Assembly (NCBI GenBank): GCA_030390025.1 | Contig: CM059440.1 | Span: 67,146,001 to 67,210,000 of the forward strand | Direction of reading: 5' to 3' | DNA: 64,000 nt | Origin: Squalus acanthias | Taxonomy: Eukaryota | Part shown: positions 63,378-64,000 of the stretch, in pieces | Layout of the letters: the number at the start of each line of letters is the position of its first letter | How positions within the stretch are numbered: position 1 is the first letter of the stretch | Made by a program: the position numbers and the translations under genes | The notes under the pieces: model-generated | Databases searched by the model: none | Told to the model about the DNA's origin: nothing | Seen by the model: only the letters and a program-made list of their open reading frames with translations

Positions 63378-64000
63378 GTAAATATACTGAACGTATTTCT
63401 CTTTTCTTAGTTGCCCATCTTACCTGACTCACGCTACAGTATTGTTGCCTCGAATACATCCTCTCTCTTTATTCATAGTGAATGGGTAACAGGTCATGTA
63501 CTGTAAACTTCTTCCCATTAAGTGTTAATAAGCACAGTGCAGAACAGAGCTAATATAGCCCATTATGTAATCGAGAGGAAATGGAACATTTCTCAAATTG
63601 CCTGGGATAAAAGTTGGAGTCCCAGAGGAAAGAAAATGTTGGGAACTGCATTTTTAACACATTTACACTTTTCGTTAGGTTACAAGTTTTTCAATCCATG
63701 TCCAGTGCCACCTCACTGGGAGAACCTCTCTCACCAGTGACAGATCGCTTCTGCCACCTCACCTGCAGCTGCCATCTATTCCAGCCTATGGAGGGAGTCA
63801 TTGGAGAGCCTGGGTGCAAGAGGTCACCTTTGTGCAGTGATTGTCAGTGTTTTCAGCCCCTCAATGCTGTCAAACACTGAGAAATCAACTGTCAAAATAA
63901 AATAGTGCATGGTCCCTTTAAGGAAACCGACAGATGACGCATCATTAAATGATGTCAGCAGACCCGCTTCCTATTAATTGGCTGGCAAGCCCGCAGGGCG

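Larger units (their letters stand above)
46577..64000 (+). repeat. Segmental duplication: 46578-~53140 matches 57413-64000 (offset about 10.84-10.86 kb)
   Basis: Continuous direct match through CR1, MITE, promoter, signal exon, IgV exon and intron; many identical ORF translations in both blocks. Confidence 0.97.

Overview
Repeat-dense vertebrate DNA. The repeat complement (CR1, L2, RTE, Penelope, Harbinger-type MITEs, tRNA-derived SINEs) suggests a cartilaginous fish; this is inferred, not proven. I could not build a credible host gene in about 1-46 kb, which is nested transposon debris. That region holds two Penelope-like families whose terminal repeats carry minimal hammerhead ribozymes (7 recognisable copies plus 1 with a deleted core), including a 5'-truncated but open RT+GIY-YIG frame with clear target-site duplications. 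The right third holds a spliced B7-family immunoglobulin-superfamily gene (signal-IgV-IgC-TM/tail, 294 aa, 51361-55191). It has two oddities: both canonical IgC cysteines are replaced by Phe, and the transmembrane core is encoded by an (ATA)10 microsatellite. A near-identical second copy lies about 10.86 kb downstream and runs off the window. The first copy sits in a ~9.9 kb segment that appears to split a LINE at its RT active-site motif, which fits an insertional rather than a simple tandem duplication. That LINE appears to start with a tRNA-like SINE head, and a SINE at 39 kb looks like its head+tail deletion derivative.
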